In this document: piece after piece, positions 9,286-19,428 of the stretch
Numbering within the stretch: position 1 is the first letter of the stretch
Layout of the letters: every line of letters begins with the position of its first letter
NCBI GenBank assembly: GCA_002316015.1
Contig: DCCS01000032.1
Location: 208,234 to 272,233, forward strand
From: Prevotellaceae bacterium UBA1075
Lineage (GTDB): Bacteria; Bacteroidota; Bacteroidia; Bacteroidales; Bacteroidaceae
DNA: 64,000 bases
Direction of reading: 5' to 3'
Translations under genes and position numbers: made by a program
Notes under the pieces: model-generated
Told to the model about the DNA's origin: nothing
The model's input: only the letters and a program-made list of their open reading frames with translations
The model's database searches: none

Positions 9286-10839
9286 TCAAAATGGAGGCGT
9301 GTCGTTGGGACTCAACCCCTCGAAGGGGTCCACGTCTGCCATCTGCCCGGTAAAACCGTCCTGCTGCAATTCCTCGTTGGTGAGTGGCGTGGATGTGAAC
9401 GTTCCGCGCCCGCCACTGCTTCCTCCCCTGGGGAGACTGGCTGCCTGCTCGTCCGTAAATCGCGCGAACTCCTTCTGAAAGTCCAACTTTATGTCACCCA
9501 CCGACCCGTTTCGGTGCTTGGCAATGATGAACATGGCCTTTCCGCGCCAGTCGTTGCCATGGTCATCCTTGTCGAGGTGATAATACTCGGGACGGTGTAT
9601 GAAGCACACGATATCAGCATCCTGCTCGATGCTGCCCGAGTCACGCAGGTCGCTCAGCAAGGGTCGCTTGGCATCAAATCCCTCGCGCTTCTCGCCCTCA
9701 CGGTTGAGCTGTGCCAGGGCTATCACAGGGATATTCAGTTCCTTGGCCAGCCCCTTGAGCGACTGGCTCACGGCAGCCACCTCCTCCTGGCGGCTGTTGA
9801 TGTTGATGCCCCTGGCATGCATCAGCTGCAGGTAGTCAATCATGATGCACCTCACCCCATGCTCATGCACCAGGCGACGCGCCTTGGTGCGCAGCTCGAA
9901 GTTGGTGATGGCAGGTGTGTCGTCAACATAGATGGGCGCGCCGTTCAGTTGTCTTGAGCGCAAATCCAACTGTTCCCACTCGTGTGGCAGAAACTGGCCG
10001 CTGCGCAACTTTTCGCCCGAAATCTCGGTCACGTTGACCAGCAGACGCTGCACCAGCTGCTGGTTGCTCATCTCCAGGCTGAAGATGGCCACAGGCACGC
10101 GGTAATCGACTGCCATGCGCTTCATCATGGACAGGGCGAAGGCCGTCTTGCCCATGGAGGGACGCGCGGCTATGATAATGAGGTCGCTATTCTGCCAGCC
10201 ATTGGTAATCTTGTCCAGTTTCTCAAATCCCGTGGGGATGCCGCTCATGCCATCCTTCTGCGCCGCAGCCTTGTTGATTTGCTCAAACACCTGGGTGATG
10301 ATGGGGTCAATCTGTGTGTAGTCCTTCTTCATGTTCTGTTGCGAGATGGCATACAGCTGTGCCTCGGCATCCTGTATGAGGTCCTTGACATCCATGGTGG
10401 GGTCGTAGGCATTGGTCTGCACATAGCTACTGAAGGTGATGAGCTGGCGTGCGAGTGCCTTCTGGGCTATCACCTTGGCATGGTACTCGATGTGTGCGCT
10501 GCTGCCTATCTTCATGTTTATCTGCATGATATAAGGTGCACCGCCTGCATCCTCGAGTTCCCCGTTGCGCTCGAGCTGCTCCCGTATGGTCATGATGTCC
10601 ACAGGGCGCTGCTCTGTGCCGAGCTCCTGGATAGCCTTGTATATCAACTGGTTTCTCTTGTCGTAGAAACTTTCGGGCTTGAGCAGTTCGGCCACCAGGG
10701 CATACGCCTCCTGGTCTACCATAAGCGCGCCCAGCACAGCCTCTTCCATGTCGAGACTCTGGGGCTGCTTGTGTCCGTACTGGTCCACGCTGGGCACTTC
10801 CACTATCTTCACCGCTTTCTTCTTGCTTTGTGTAGCCAT
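9286..10839 (-). CDS. dnaB: Replicative DNA helicase DnaB
   Basis: Motifs are an N-terminal PQSLDMEEAVLGALM, Walker A ARPSMGKTAFAL, Walker B IMIDYLQLM and ALAQLNR. The start was trimmed from 10881 to the ATG at 10839 (MATQSKKK) because a -7 box at 10870-10877 lies inside the longer ORF. About 55 aa of extra C-terminal tail (see findings). Confidence 0.95.
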   Translation of the reverse strand: MATQSKKKAVKIVEVPSVDQYGHKQPQSLDMEEAVLGALMVDQEAYALVAELLKPESFYDKRNQLIYKAIQELGTEQRPVDIMTIREQLERNGELEDAGGAPYIMQINMKIGSSAHIEYHAKVIAQKALARQLITFSSYVQTNAYDPTMDVKDLIQDAEAQLYAISQQNMKKDYTQIDPIITQVFEQINKAAAQKDGMSGIPTGFEKLDKITNGWQNSDLIIIAARPSMGKTAFALSMMKRMAVDYRVPVAIFSLEMSNQQLVQRLLVNVTEISGEKLRSGQFLPHEWEQLDLRSRQLNGAPIYVDDTPAITNFELRTKARRLVHEHGVRCIMIDYLQLMHARGININSRQEEVAAVSQSLKGLAKELNIPVIALAQLNREGEKREGFDAKRPLLSDLRDSGSIEQDADIVCFIHRPEYYHLDKDDHGNDWRGKAMFIIAKHRNGSVGDIKLDFQKEFARFTDEQAASLPRGGSSGGRGTFTSTPLTNEELQQDGFTGQMADVDPFEGLSPNDTPPF

Positions 10840-10869
10840 TCTCTCTTCCTTTTGGAATGTTTGGGTGGG

Positions 10870-10877
10870 CAAAGTTA
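10870..10877 (-). promoter_or_regulatory. Bacteroidetes -7 promoter box TAACTTTG (minus) upstream of dnaB
   Basis: Plus strand reads caaagtta. It lies 30 nt upstream of the ATG at 10839. Confidence 0.5.
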
Positions 10878-11132
10878 GCATTTAATTCGGAAAGAGTGCT
10901 CTCGTGAAGGTGGAAGAAAACGTGCGTGCCACTGCAAATGTGTGCTGGCGTGGGCCACATTTGGTTTTTTCTGTCCTTTTGTCATGTACAAAGCAGGAAC
11001 AGGGGAACTGGTTGGGCAGGTGTTTTCGTTAGCATGTGAAAATCCGCACAGTGTGCTCTACAACGGAACAGGACAGTCCGTGATGTGGCATAGAGCACAA
11101 ACATTCTGTCCAAGAAACTGCCTCTTAAGTTA

Positions 11133-11140
11133 TAAATTTG
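11133..11140 (+). promoter_or_regulatory. Distal -7-like box TAAATTTG upstream of gltB
   Basis: Exact TAnnTTTG match in the AT-rich dnaB/gltB divergent spacer. Confidence 0.35.
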
Positions 11141-11194
11141 TTGCTCGAACGAACTTTTTGCTTTCCTTTTATCATTTGTCTGGTTGGTTTGTTG

Positions 11195-11202
11195 TAACTT
11201 TG
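11195..11202 (+). promoter_or_regulatory. Proximal -7 box TAACTTTG upstream of gltB
   Basis: Exact TAnnTTTG match 52 nt upstream of the gltB ATG at 11255. Confidence 0.5.
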
Positions 11203-11254
11203 CAAACGGAAACAATAATCGCTTAACAAAGCGTCTGTAATACGACATTAGGAC

Positions 11255-14200
11255 ATGACAAAAGAAAGATTCGAGCGTAAGGGGCTGTACAATCCCGACA
11301 GCGAGCACGATGCCTGCGGTGTGGGCATGGTGGTCAACATTCATGGAAACAAGAGTCATGAACTGGTTGACAACGCGCTCAAGGTGCTGGAGAACATGAG
11401 GCACAGAGGAGCCGAAGGTGCCGATGGCAAGACCGGTGACGGTGCGGGTATCATGTTGCAGATCCCCCACGAGTTTATCCTTCTGCAAGGCATTCCCGTG
11501 CCCGAAAAGGGGCATTATGGCACAGGACTGGTGTTTCTGCCCAAGGACAGCCAGCAGCAGCAGGACATTCTCTCCATTGTCATCGAGGAGATAGAGCGCG
11601 AGGGGCTCAATCTCATGCGCCTGCGTGCGGTACCTACAAATCCCGACTGCCTGGGCGAAAGTGCCAAAGAGGTGGAGCCCGATATCAAGCAGCTCTTTGT
11701 GACCGGTGTCACCGACGAGGCTTACCCGCGCTTTGAACGAACCTTATATTTGATAAGGAAAAGGATAGAGAGGCGTGTGAGCCACCCCGATTTCTACATC
11801 GTAAGCCTCTCAAGCAAGAATATCGTGTACAAGGGAATGCTTTCGAGCATGCAACTGCGTGCCTACTATTCCGACTTGAGCAACAACTATTTCACCAGCG
11901 GACTTGCTCTGGTGCACAGCCGTTTCAGCACAAACACCTTTCCCACCTGGTCGCTGGCACAACCCTTCCGTCTGCTGGCACACAATGGCGAGATAAATAC
12001 CATACGCGGCAATCGCTCGTGGATGAAAGCGCGTGAGAGCGTCCTCGATGGCGAGGTACTTGGCAGCGTGAAGGACATAAGTCCTATCGTGCAGCCGGGC
12101 ATGAGCGACTCAGCCAGCCTGGACAATGTGTTCGAATTCTTTGTGATGAGCGGACTCTCCTTGCCACAGGCCATGGCTGTTATGGTGCCCGAAAGTTTCA
12201 ACGACAAGAATCCCATATCAGATGACTTGAAGGCGTTCTATGAGTACTACTCCATTCTGATGGAACCCTGGGACGGGCCTGCTGCCCTGCTCTTTAGTGA
12301 CGGACGCTACGCGGGCGGAATGCTTGACCGGAACGGGCTGCGCCCCAGTCGCTATACCATCACCAACAAGGGCATGATGGTCGTGGCAAGTGAGGTGGGC
12401 GTAATGGATTTCGAGCCAGGAGAGATTGCAGAGAAAGGTCGTTTGCAGCCAGGAAAACTCTTGCTCATCGACACCCAAGAGGGTAAAATATACTATGACG
12501 GCGAAATCAAGGAACGTCTGGCCAAAGCGCATCCCTACAAGGAATGGTTGCGTACCAACCGAATACAACTGGAGAATCTGAAGAGCGGGCGGCACGTGAA
12601 GAACGGAGTGGATAACCTTGAGCGCAAATTGCTCACCTTCGGGTATGGCGCAGAGGACATAGAGAAGACTATCATACCCATGTGTGTAAACGGAGCGGAG
12701 CCCGTGGCCGCCATGGGCAACGACACCCCACTGGCTGTAGCAAGCGACCGGCCGCAGATATTCTTCAATTATTTCCGCCAGCAGTTCGCACAGGTTACCA
12801 ACCCTGCCATCGACCCCATACGTGAGGAACTGGTGATGTCGCTTACCGAATATATTGGGGCTGTGGGCACGGGCATTCTGACACCCGATGAGTCCAACTG
12901 TAAGATGGTGCGTCTGCCACATCCCGTACTGAACAACACGCAACTGGACATCCTGTGCAACATCCGATACAAAGGATTCAACACCACCAAACTGCCCATA
13001 CTGTTCCCAATCGACCAGGGTGAGAGCGGACTCAGGGCCGCGCTGGATAAGTTGTGCCAGCAGGCAGAGGAGTGTGTGGACAACGGCATTAGTTACATCA
13101 TCCTGTCTGACCGTGATATTGACGACAAGCATGCCGCCATACCTTCACTGCTGGCTGTAAGTGCAGTGCACCACTATTTGATTAATGTGGGCAAGCGCGT
13201 GCAAACTGCTCTCATCGTGGAGAGCGGTGAGATACGCGAGGTGATGCACGCGGCACTGCTGCTGGGCTACGGCGCTAGTGCCATCTGCCCCTACATGACC
13301 TTTGCCGTACTGGACGACCTGGTCAAGAAGGGTGAGATACAGGAGAATTATGAGACGGCTGAGAAAAACTACATAAAGGCAGTATGCAAGGGGCTTTTCA
13401 AGATAATGTCCAAAATGGGCATCAGTACCATACGTTCCTATCGTGGAGCAAAGATTTTTGAGAGCATAGGATTGGGCGAACCACTCCTGCGCAAGTACTT
13501 CGGTACAGAGACAAGTACGGTTGGAGGTATCGGATTGGCTCACATTGCCCAGGACGCCATCAAATTGCATAAGTTGGGATTGGCATGCAAGACGAAACCG
13601 GACTTCCTGCCAAACAATGGGCAGTTCAACTACCGCCGCGACGGAATCCTGCACGCCTGGAATCCCGAGACCATCAGCACTCTGCAACTGGCCACCAGGT
13701 TGGGCAGTTACAAGAAGTTCAAGGAGTTCACCAGCCTGGTGGACAACAAGGAGAAGCCTATTTTCATACGTGACTACTTCAACATCAAAATGGCGCAGAA
13801 CCCAGTTCCCCTGGACGAGGTGGAGCCTGTGGAGAGTATTGTCAAGCATTTTGTCACTGGAGCCATGTCATTCGGTGCCATCAGCATTGAAGCGCACGAG
13901 GCTTTGGCTCTGGCCATGAACAAACTGGGTACGCGCAGCAACACCGGTGAGGGAGGCGAGGACAACGCGCGCTACCACGAAACGCACGACGGAATATCGT
14001 TGAGCAGCAAAACCAAACAAGTGGCGAGCGGGCGTTTTGGGGTGACTGCCGAATACTTGGTGAATGCTGAGGAGATACAGATTAAAGTGGCTCAAGGAGC
14101 CAAGCCTGGTGAGGGCGGGCAACTTCCCGGTTTCAAGGTGAACGAGATTATCGCACACACCAGGAACAGCATCCCTGGCATCAGTCTGATTTCCCCCCCA

Positions 14201-15751
14201 CCCCACCATGACATATACAGCATTGAGGATTTGGCACAACTTATCTTTGACCTAAAGAATATCAATCCTGCCGCAGCAGTAAGCGTGAAACTTGTGGCAG
14301 AGAGCGGTGTGGGGACTATAGCGGCGGGAGTAGCCAAGGCCAACGCCGACCTGGTGGTCATTAGTGGCGCAGAAGGCGGGACAGGCGCATCTCCTGCCAG
14401 TTCAATGCGCTTTGCTGGCATTAGCCCTGAAATTGGGCTGAGCGAGGCGCAGCAGACACTTACCCTCAATGGACTACGTCACCAGGTGCGTCTGCAAACT
14501 GACGGTCAGTTGAAGACAGGGCGTGATGTCATATCAATGGCTCTGCTCGGAGCCGATGAGTTTGCGTTTGGCACACTTCCTCTTATTGTCCTGGGATGCG
14601 TGATGATGCGCAAGTGCAACGCCAATACCTGCCCAGTGGGTGTGGCCACGCAGAACCCCGAACTTCGCAAGAAGTTCCGTGGGCACTATGAATATGTGGT
14701 AAACTACTTCACCTTCTTGGCTCAGGAAGTACGCGAGTACTTGTCTGCCATGGGTTTCCACTCGTTGAACGAAATAATCGGGCGCACAGACCTGCTGGAA
14801 ATGCAGCCACAGAAGGCTGGCAGCAAGTCGGCCATGCTGGACTTCTCACGTCTTTTTCACGCTGAGGGAGGCGCGCAGCACTGGGATGGTCGTCCCTTCA
14901 CACATGTCGAGGGTGTGAAGGACTTTGATATCCTGGCTGACACCAAGGATGCCGTGGAACTCGGTCGCGAGATACATCTTGACTATGCAATCAAGAACAC
15001 CGACCGTGCCACCTGCACAATGCTTTCGGGTGTGATAGCCCGCAAATATGGCGAGAAAGGATTGGCCGACAGCACAATAAATCTGAAATTCAAGGGCTCC
15101 GCCGGACAGAGTTTCGGCGCCTTCCTCACGCGCGGTGTCAATGTCAAATTGGAAGGTGAGGCCAATGACTATTTCGCAAAAGGGCTTTCGGGTGGACGTG
15201 TCAGTATTCTTCCCCCTGTCCGTTCCAGTGAGAGTTTCGTGGCAGAGAACAACATCATCGCAGGCAATACAGGCTTGTACGGAGCCACATCAGGCGAACT
15301 CTATGTCAACGGGCAAGTGGGTGAAAGGTTTGCCGTGCGCAATTCGGGCGCGACAGCAGTGGTTGAGGGTGTCGGCGACCATTGTTGTGAATATATGACA
15401 GGAGGCCGTGTAGTGGTATTGGGAACCACTGGCCGCAACTTTGCGGCGGGCATGTCGGGCGGTGTGGCCTATGTGTGGAACCGCAAGGGCAACTTTGACT
15501 ATTTCTGTAACATGGATATGGTGGAACTCTCGCTTGTGGAGGAGAGCAGTTACCGCAAGGAGTTGCATGAGCTCATTCGTCAGCATTGGCTCTACACAGG
15601 TTCGCGCCTGGCGCGTCTTATGCTTGATGACTGGAATCACTATGTGGATCAGTTCATTCAGGTAGTTCCCATTGAGTACAAGCGTGTGCTGCAGGAAGAG
15701 CAGATAAAGAAACTGCAACAGAAGATAGCAGACATCGCACGGGATTATTAG
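11255..15751 (+). CDS. gltB: Glutamate synthase large subunit
   Basis: 1498 aa. It starts with the N-terminal amidotransferase EHDACGVGMVV, includes the FMN/Fe-S central domain (GEGGED, PGISLISPPPHHDIYSIEDLAQLI) and ends with a GXGXG beta-helix domain. Confidence 0.97.
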   Translation: MTKERFERKGLYNPDSEHDACGVGMVVNIHGNKSHELVDNALKVLENMRHRGAEGADGKTGDGAGIMLQIPHEFILLQGIPVPEKGHYGTGLVFLPKDSQQQQDILSIVIEEIEREGLNLMRLRAVPTNPDCLGESAKEVEPDIKQLFVTGVTDEAYPRFERTLYLIRKRIERRVSHPDFYIVSLSSKNIVYKGMLSSMQLRAYYSDLSNNYFTSGLALVHSRFSTNTFPTWSLAQPFRLLAHNGEINTIRGNRSWMKARESVLDGEVLGSVKDISPIVQPGMSDSASLDNVFEFFVMSGLSLPQAMAVMVPESFNDKNPISDDLKAFYEYYSILMEPWDGPAALLFSDGRYAGGMLDRNGLRPSRYTITNKGMMVVASEVGVMDFEPGEIAEKGRLQPGKLLLIDTQEGKIYYDGEIKERLAKAHPYKEWLRTNRIQLENLKSGRHVKNGVDNLERKLLTFGYGAEDIEKTIIPMCVNGAEPVAAMGNDTPLAVASDRPQIFFNYFRQQFAQVTNPAIDPIREELVMSLTEYIGAVGTGILTPDESNCKMVRLPHPVLNNTQLDILCNIRYKGFNTTKLPILFPIDQGESGLRAALDKLCQQAEECVDNGISYIILSDRDIDDKHAAIPSLLAVSAVHHYLINVGKRVQTALIVESGEIREVMHAALLLGYGASAICPYMTFAVLDDLVKKGEIQENYETAEKNYIKAVCKGLFKIMSKMGISTIRSYRGAKIFESIGLGEPLLRKYFGTETSTVGGIGLAHIAQDAIKLHKLGLACKTKPDFLPNNGQFNYRRDGILHAWNPETISTLQLATRLGSYKKFKEFTSLVDNKEKPIFIRDYFNIKMAQNPVPLDEVEPVESIVKHFVTGAMSFGAISIEAHEALALAMNKLGTRSNTGEGGEDNARYHETHDGISLSSKTKQVASGRFGVTAEYLVNAEEIQIKVAQGAKPGEGGQLPGFKVNEIIAHTRNSIPGISLISPPPHHDIYSIEDLAQLIFDLKNINPAAAVSVKLVAESGVGTIAAGVAKANADLVVISGAEGGTGASPASSMRFAGISPEIGLSEAQQTLTLNGLRHQVRLQTDGQLKTGRDVISMALLGADEFAFGTLPLIVLGCVMMRKCNANTCPVGVATQNPELRKKFRGHYEYVVNYFTFLAQEVREYLSAMGFHSLNEIIGRTDLLEMQPQKAGSKSAMLDFSRLFHAEGGAQHWDGRPFTHVEGVKDFDILADTKDAVELGREIHLDYAIKNTDRATCTMLSGVIARKYGEKGLADSTINLKFKGSAGQSFGAFLTRGVNVKLEGEANDYFAKGLSGGRVSILPPVRSSESFVAENNIIAGNTGLYGATSGELYVNGQVGERFAVRNSGATAVVEGVGDHCCEYMTGGRVVVLGTTGRNFAAGMSGGVAYVWNRKGNFDYFCNMDMVELSLVEESSYRKELHELIRQHWLYTGSRLARLMLDDWNHYVDQFIQVVPIEYKRVLQEEQIKKLQQKIADIARDY

Positions 15752-15873
15752 AACGGAAGACATTTCAGGACGTACAGTCCTGCCACGGTTTTCGCAATTA
15801 AGTGTAATGTACACATAAGACGTGCAACCGCAAGACTGCACAACCAAACAAAACGCTAATCGAAAAAAGAGAA

Positions 15874-17244
15874 ATGGGAAATCCAAAAGCATTCTTAAGC
15901 ATACACCGCAAGGAGGCGGGTTACCGCCCCGTAAGTGAGCGGGTACATGACTTCAGCGAGGTGGAGCAGACGCTGAACACGCATGACCGCCGTGAGCAGG
16001 CAAGCCGTTGCATGGATTGTGGCGTGCCTTTTTGCCATTGGGCCTGCCCTTTGGGCAACAAGTGCCCGGAATGGAACGATGCCCTGTACAAGGGCAAATG
16101 GGAACTGGCCTTTAGGATCCTCACCTCCACGAACCCCTTCCCGGAGTTTACCGGGCGCATATGTCCTGCATTGTGCGAAAAGAGTTGTGTGCTGCAGCTC
16201 ACCATGCACGAGCCTGTCACCAACCGCGAGGACGAATGCGCCATCATGGAGCGTGCCTGGCAGGAGAGTTACATCAAGCCTTGCCCGCCAGCAGAGCGCA
16301 CGGGCAAGAGCGTGGCCGTCATCGGTGCGGGTCCCGCAGGAATGAGCACGGCATGGTACCTGAACAAACAGGGGGTGACAGTAGATGTGTACGATGCCAA
16401 CGAGAAGGCAGGCGGGCTGCTCCGCTATGGCATTCCCAACTTCAAACTTCAGAAGGATGTCATCGACCGTCGCATCGGCCTGATGGAGGCCGAGGGCATC
16501 ACCTTCCACTATGGAGTGCGTGTGGAACTCAGGACGGACTCCTTTGACATGCGAGAGGTGGAAAAGGCTGTGGGCAAGCATGACGCTTATGTGATAGCCA
16601 CAGGCACACCCACAGCACGTGACCTGCAGATACCTGGACGCGAGCTCAAGGGGGTACACCTGGCTCTGGAATTGCTGGGACAGCAGAACCGCATACTTGA
16701 GGGTGAGCATCCTGCCAAGAACGAATTGGTAAACGCCAATGGAAAGCGTGTGCTTGTGATTGGCGGTGGTGACACAGGGTCTGACTGCATAGGTACGGCA
16801 CACAGACAAGGTTGTGCCAGTGTGACGCAGATAGAGATTATGCCCAAACCTCCTGTAGGTGACAATCCCGCCACACCATGGCCGTCATGGCCTGTGGTGC
16901 TGAAGACTACCAGCAGCCACGAGGAGGGTTGTGAGCGCCGCTGGCTTCTCAACACCAACCACTTCATTGGCAAGAACGGTAAGCTCACTGGGGCCGAGGT
17001 GGAAGGTGTTATCTGGGAACCGAATCCACACGGCGGACGACCCATTATGAAACTTGACGGGCATAAGGAAGTCATCCCATGCGATATGGCACTGCTGGCC
17101 ATGGGCTTCCTCAAGCCACAGCACCCCGCTTATCCTGAAGGTGTCTTTGTCACAGGCGACTCGGCATCGGGGGCAAGCCTGGTGGTACGTGCCATAGCCT
17201 CGGGAAAGAAGACCGCCCGGCAGGTACAGGACTTCTTGGCTTGA
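15874..17244 (+). CDS. gltD: Glutamate synthase small subunit (NADPH-dependent oxidoreductase)
   Basis: 456 aa. Fe-S cysteines are CMDCGVPFC and CPALCE. Dinucleotide folds are VAVIGAGPAGM and VLVIGGGDTGSDC. Confidence 0.95.
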   Translation: MGNPKAFLSIHRKEAGYRPVSERVHDFSEVEQTLNTHDRREQASRCMDCGVPFCHWACPLGNKCPEWNDALYKGKWELAFRILTSTNPFPEFTGRICPALCEKSCVLQLTMHEPVTNREDECAIMERAWQESYIKPCPPAERTGKSVAVIGAGPAGMSTAWYLNKQGVTVDVYDANEKAGGLLRYGIPNFKLQKDVIDRRIGLMEAEGITFHYGVRVELRTDSFDMREVEKAVGKHDAYVIATGTPTARDLQIPGRELKGVHLALELLGQQNRILEGEHPAKNELVNANGKRVLVIGGGDTGSDCIGTAHRQGCASVTQIEIMPKPPVGDNPATPWPSWPVVLKTTSSHEEGCERRWLLNTNHFIGKNGKLTGAEVEGVIWEPNPHGGRPIMKLDGHKEVIPCDMALLAMGFLKPQHPAYPEGVFVTGDSASGASLVVRAIASGKKTARQVQDFLA

Positions 17245-17271
17245 CATCGGCTGGTTTGCATCACGACAATG

Positions 17272-17324
17272 TTATGCGGTTATATGAGTGCCTTGTGTTT
17301 CAAGGCTTTCATATAACCGCATAA
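17272..17324. terminator. Long compound hairpin between convergent gltD and the lipoprotein gene (probable bidirectional terminator)
   Basis: There is a perfect 16-bp outer stem, TTATGCGGTTATATGA / TCATATAACCGCATAA, and an inner 6-bp stem GCCTTG/CAAGGC around a 5-nt loop. Confidence 0.55.
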
Positions 17325-17454
17325 TTGTATAGTCGTATGTTTTGTGACTATCCTGCTGTCGTGTGACGGCCATGGCTGCTCCATGGCGAGTTTGTCCCAT
17401 GCGGTTCCTGCCTCAACGCCCTATGCCGTCATGATTTGCGCCCTGCAAGCCAAG

Positions 17455-18045
17455 TCACTCTTCTGCAAGTATAATTCGCTGCGTGCGGGGCTGGTTATAG
17501 GCATTCTGCAGGTTGGCATAAATCGTCAAGTTGTCCTTGTGTACCCCCTGGCTGTACTGGAACGTGCCACTGAAGAAGTTGGTGCTGCCCGTATTGGGCG
17601 TGAAAGTGACCAGCATGCCATAGCCAAGGTCGGGGTCAGCGGCTGAGTCTTCCAGAGCCTTTGCTGTGAAAGTGAGGCCATAAGTAAGGCTCACGTTGGA
17701 ACGTGTCTCGGTGGCAAACTTCACTTGATAGACAATGATGTCAGACTGGTCGGTAAAGTTCTTCGTATGCCTCTTTAGAGTTTCCCTGGCCTGTGGGTCG
17801 GCCACACCGTCAAGATGCACACACTTGCTGGCGGTCACCTCTCCACTCTTGTCCTCTGACTGAGTCTTCAGTGTGGCTGTGATCTGCATCGCGGACAGTG
17901 TTTGCCCGGTAGTGAGCAGGTAATAGGTAAAATAGCCAGAAGTGGGCTTCGGGGTGGGTTCAGGGTCATCACTGCCGCAGGAAGTAAGCATGACGAGGCT
18001 CGTAACAAGGGTAAGCGCGAGCATCAGAAAACTTTTCTTTCTCAT
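17455..18045 (-). CDS. Hypothetical lipoprotein
   Basis: 196 aa. The signal peptide carries a lipobox (MRKKSFLMLALTLVTSLVMLTSCGSDD). No domain was recognised. GC content is visibly lower than in most of the window. Confidence 0.7.
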   Translation of the reverse strand: MRKKSFLMLALTLVTSLVMLTSCGSDDPEPTPKPTSGYFTYYLLTTGQTLSAMQITATLKTQSEDKSGEVTASKCVHLDGVADPQARETLKRHTKNFTDQSDIIVYQVKFATETRSNVSLTYGLTFTAKALEDSAADPDLGYGMLVTFTPNTGSTNFFSGTFQYSQGVHKDNLTIYANLQNAYNQPRTQRIILAEE

Positions 18046-18211
18046 CTTTATTTGTTTTTGTACATTGTTCGAGATTAGTTGGCAAATTCATCCCAGTGGA
18101 TACACCTTTGCCGTCATTTACGCTGCCGACCCTGTGTGGTTGCTCTACTACTTGCAGATAGATGCGTACGTTGAGGCAAGGCTATATATATAATATGAGG
18201 AATCGCTCCGA

Positions 18212-19381
18212 TTAGTCCATGCGGTCACGGTAGTCCTCGTAGGTGTATTCCCGCAGGGTCTCGCGACTGCCGTCCATGTGCTCAAGCACGATGGACGGAT
18301 GGGAAATTCCATTGAACATGTTGGTCTTCACCGTGGTATAGTGCAGCATGTCCTCAAAGATGACCTTGTCGCCTGTTTGCAACGGCCTGTCAAATCTCCA
18401 GCATCCCATATAGTCACCGCTCAGGCAACTGTTCCCTCCCAGGCGGTAGACGTAGCCCTGGGGCTTCCTGCCAGCCTCTCGCTCCAGGGCATCCTGCCAT
18501 GCCTGCCCAGCAGGCAGAGTTTGGGCACCCCGCACGTTGGGCTGGTACGGCATCTCCAGGCAGTCGGGCATGTGACAGGTAAAGGACACATTCAGGATGG
18601 CTGTCCTTACCCCGTGGTTCTCTACCACATCCACCACCTCGGATACCAGGCATCCGGTCTGCCATCCAAAGGCACTTCCAGGCTCCAGGATGACTTTCAG
18701 GTGGGGATAACGTCCCCCGAGAGAACGCAGAATATGGACAAGCAAGGCAATGTCATAGTCTTTGTGGGTCATCAGGTGACCTCCTCCCAAGTTGAGCCAT
18801 TTCACTTGAGGAAGCCACTTCCCGAACTTCTCCTCCAGATGTTCCAGGGTGTGCTGCAGAGCCCGCGCACTGCTCTCGCAATGGCAATGACAATGGAAAC
18901 CCTCGATACCTCTTGGCAGCACGTCTGGGAGTTGGTTTGCCAGCACACCGAACCGGCTTCCTGGCGCGCAGGGATTGTACAGTTCAGTCTCAATCTCGCT
19001 GTATTCTGGATTGACGCGCAGCCCCATACTCACCTTGTGGCCGCGATAGGCAAGCACCTGGGATGCAAATCGCTCATACTGCGTGAGGGAGTTGAAGGTG
19101 ACATGGCCGCTGCATCGCAGAATCTCGGGGAAATCCTTTGTGGTGTAGGCAGGGCTATAGGTGTGAGCCAGTGAGCCGAACTCCTCCAGTGCGAGTCGTG
19201 CCTCGAAGGGGCTGCTGGCGGTTGTGTGGGAGATGTACTCACGCATGATGGGGAACGTCTTCCACAAGGCATAAGCCTTAAAGGCGAGGATTATCTCGGC
19301 CCCGCTCTCTTCCGCCACCCGCTGGACAAGAGCCAGGTTGCGCCTCAGGAGTCGCTCTGACAGAAGGTAATAGGGTGTCAT
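18212..19381 (-). CDS. nspC: Carboxynorspermidine/carboxyspermidine decarboxylase
   Basis: N-terminus is MTPYYLLSERLLRRNLALVQRV...ILAFKAYALW...SSPFEARLA, with later LGGGH, CHCHCE and GGNSCLSGD motifs typical of the PLP-dependent CANSDC family. The start was trimmed from 19420 to the ATG at 19381. Confidence 0.85.
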   Translation of the reverse strand: MTPYYLLSERLLRRNLALVQRVAEESGAEIILAFKAYALWKTFPIMREYISHTTASSPFEARLALEEFGSLAHTYSPAYTTKDFPEILRCSGHVTFNSLTQYERFASQVLAYRGHKVSMGLRVNPEYSEIETELYNPCAPGSRFGVLANQLPDVLPRGIEGFHCHCHCESSARALQHTLEHLEEKFGKWLPQVKWLNLGGGHLMTHKDYDIALLVHILRSLGGRYPHLKVILEPGSAFGWQTGCLVSEVVDVVENHGVRTAILNVSFTCHMPDCLEMPYQPNVRGAQTLPAGQAWQDALEREAGRKPQGYVYRLGGNSCLSGDYMGCWRFDRPLQTGDKVIFEDMLHYTTVKTNMFNGISHPSIVLEHMDGSRETLREYTYEDYRDRMD

Positions 19382-19428
19382 GGTGTCATTGGTCTGTACC
19401 GGTGCACGCGATTCACGCAAGACCTGTT

